A DNA stretch of 64,000 nucleotides from Deltaproteobacteria bacterium (lineage in GTDB: Bacteria > Myxococcota_A > Polyangia > Polyangiales > Houyiibacteriaceae), in NCBI GenBank assembly GCA_017644045.1, contig JAEPMI010000002.1, positions 259,026 through 323,025 of the forward strand, given 5' to 3'. This document shows, piece by piece, positions 63,048 to 64,000 of this stretch (position 1 is the first letter of the stretch; each line of letters opens with the position of its first letter). The notes beneath the pieces are model-generated. The model was not told the DNA's origin, searched no databases, and worked only from the letters and a program-made list of their open reading frames with translations. The translations under genes and the position numbers were made by a program.

Positions 63048-64000
63048 ATGGGGAGGCTGATCACCATCGCGCTCGCGCTCGTCACCGTCGCGGGATGCCA
63101 TCGCTACGACGACCCGCCGATCTACCCACATCAGGATCCGGCGTTCACTCAGACGCAGCCGCCGGAGCCCGCGGGTATCGACGATGACCCCGCGGAGGCG
63201 ATGAAGGTCCTCCCGGGCGACGTGATCCTCCTTCGCACCTTCAGCGCGGAGAACACCGAGTACGGCGGCCTCGTCGTGGACGAGCAGGGAACGCTCCACG
63301 TCCCGCTCGGGGGCGACGTGCAGGTCGGTGGCCTGACGCTGACCGAAGCGGAAGAGCGAGTCCAGACCGCCCTCCGTCGACTGGACACCGTCGTGCGCGT
63401 CGGCCTCGCGATCATCGAGCCCAGGGGCCACATGGGCTCCGTCGTCGGCGCGGTGGGCGAGCCCGGTCGCTACATCGTCTACCCGGGGATGCGCCTCGCG
63501 GATCTGCTCGCAGCCGCCGGCGGCCCGCGAACCACGGTCGAGAGCGTGGGCGACGCCGGCCCGATCGCCGACATCGCCGGCGCCCGTCTCGTGCGGAACG
63601 GCCAGACCCTCGACGTCAGCGTCCGCCGAGCCCTCGAGGGCGACCCGCGGCACAACGTCCGCGTTCGCGCGGGCGATCACCTCTATGTGCCGATGGCGCG
63701 CGAGAACCTCGTGATCGTGCTCGGCGCGGTCGACTCGGCGGGCGTGTTCGCGCATCGGCAGGGGCTCCGGCTCACGGAGGTCCTCGCGCGTTCCGGTGGG
63801 CTCAACGAGCGCGGCGACCGCACGCACATCAACATCGTGCGCGGCTCGCTCGAGGCGCCGCAGGTCTACACCGCGAGCCTTCGCGCCATCAGCCGCGGGA
63901 GCTCGCCCGACGTCTACCTGGCGGCCGGCGACATCATCTACGTGACCGAAGAGTGGACCGCGCACGTCGGCGAGGTGCTCACGCGCCTCGGGCCGCTCTT
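63048..64000 (+). CDS. polysaccharide export lipoprotein (Wza-like), 3' end outside window
   Basis: Not in the ORF track because no stop lies within the window. My translation: MGRLITIALALVTVAGC lipobox, LPGDVILLRTF...VDEQGTLHVPLGGDVQVGGLTLTEAE (Poly_export-like), then SLBB-like RAGDHLYVP and AAGDIIYV. Confidence 0.75.
   Translation, partial: MGRLITIALALVTVAGCHRYDDPPIYPHQDPAFTQTQPPEPAGIDDDPAEAMKVLPGDVILLRTFSAENTEYGGLVVDEQGTLHVPLGGDVQVGGLTLTEAEERVQTALRRLDTVVRVGLAIIEPRGHMGSVVGAVGEPGRYIVYPGMRLADLLAAAGGPRTTVESVGDAGPIADIAGARLVRNGQTLDVSVRRALEGDPRHNVRVRAGDHLYVPMARENLVIVLGAVDSAGVFAHRQGLRLTEVLARSGGLNERGDRTHINIVRGSLEAPQVYTASLRAISRGSSPDVYLAAGDIIYVTEEWTAHVGEVLTRLGPL

Overview
Very GC-rich bacterial chromosomal segment; third codon positions are almost uniformly G/C. 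The gene content suggests a myxobacterium-like deltaproteobacterium (inference only): many lipoproteins with Cys-rich repeats, Hanks-type Ser/Thr kinases including a PEGA-domain kinase, T3SS-remnant genes and large exopolysaccharide loci. All calls come from reading the sequence and ORF translations by eye, with no database search. I support about 66 protein genes, one tRNA-Met(CAU), one kinase pseudogene fragment and several repeats and hairpins.

Main blocks:
- 1-6977: TonB-dependent receptor with a fused TonB-C-like domain, two paralogous lipoproteins and a WD40-like protein.
- 6983-9874: UbiA prenyltransferase plus two tandem Get3/ArsA-like ATPases.
- 10550-13936: CHAD-CYTH protein, XdhC and small proteins.
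- 14006-35293: polysaccharide locus with a deacetylase, glycosyltransferases, rmlBACD, WecG-like transferase, flippase, Wzy-like protein and two SGNH-like paralogs.
- 35365-42579: tmk, an orphan SctQ/FliN-like gene, a CAP protein, and ctaA-ctaB-SCO1 interrupted by a kinase.
- 43372-51966: a split Tol-Pal system (cpoB-pal on the minus strand, tolQRA-B on the plus strand) with a PEGA kinase in between.
- 51983-64000: hybrid sensor kinase, tRNA-Met, plsC, repeat-rich lipoprotein, two tandem paralogous membrane proteins, nei, and a priming sugar transferase divergent from a wza-like gene.

The most unusual object is non-coding. The whole 0.8-kb convergent gap at 42587-43374 is filled by two mirror-image arrays of 6-7-nt TCGG/CCGA units flanking a unique core. 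A 235-bp MITE-like long inverted repeat at 14951-15185 is the second structural oddity. Most long ORFs on the opposite strand of real genes are high-GC artefacts.
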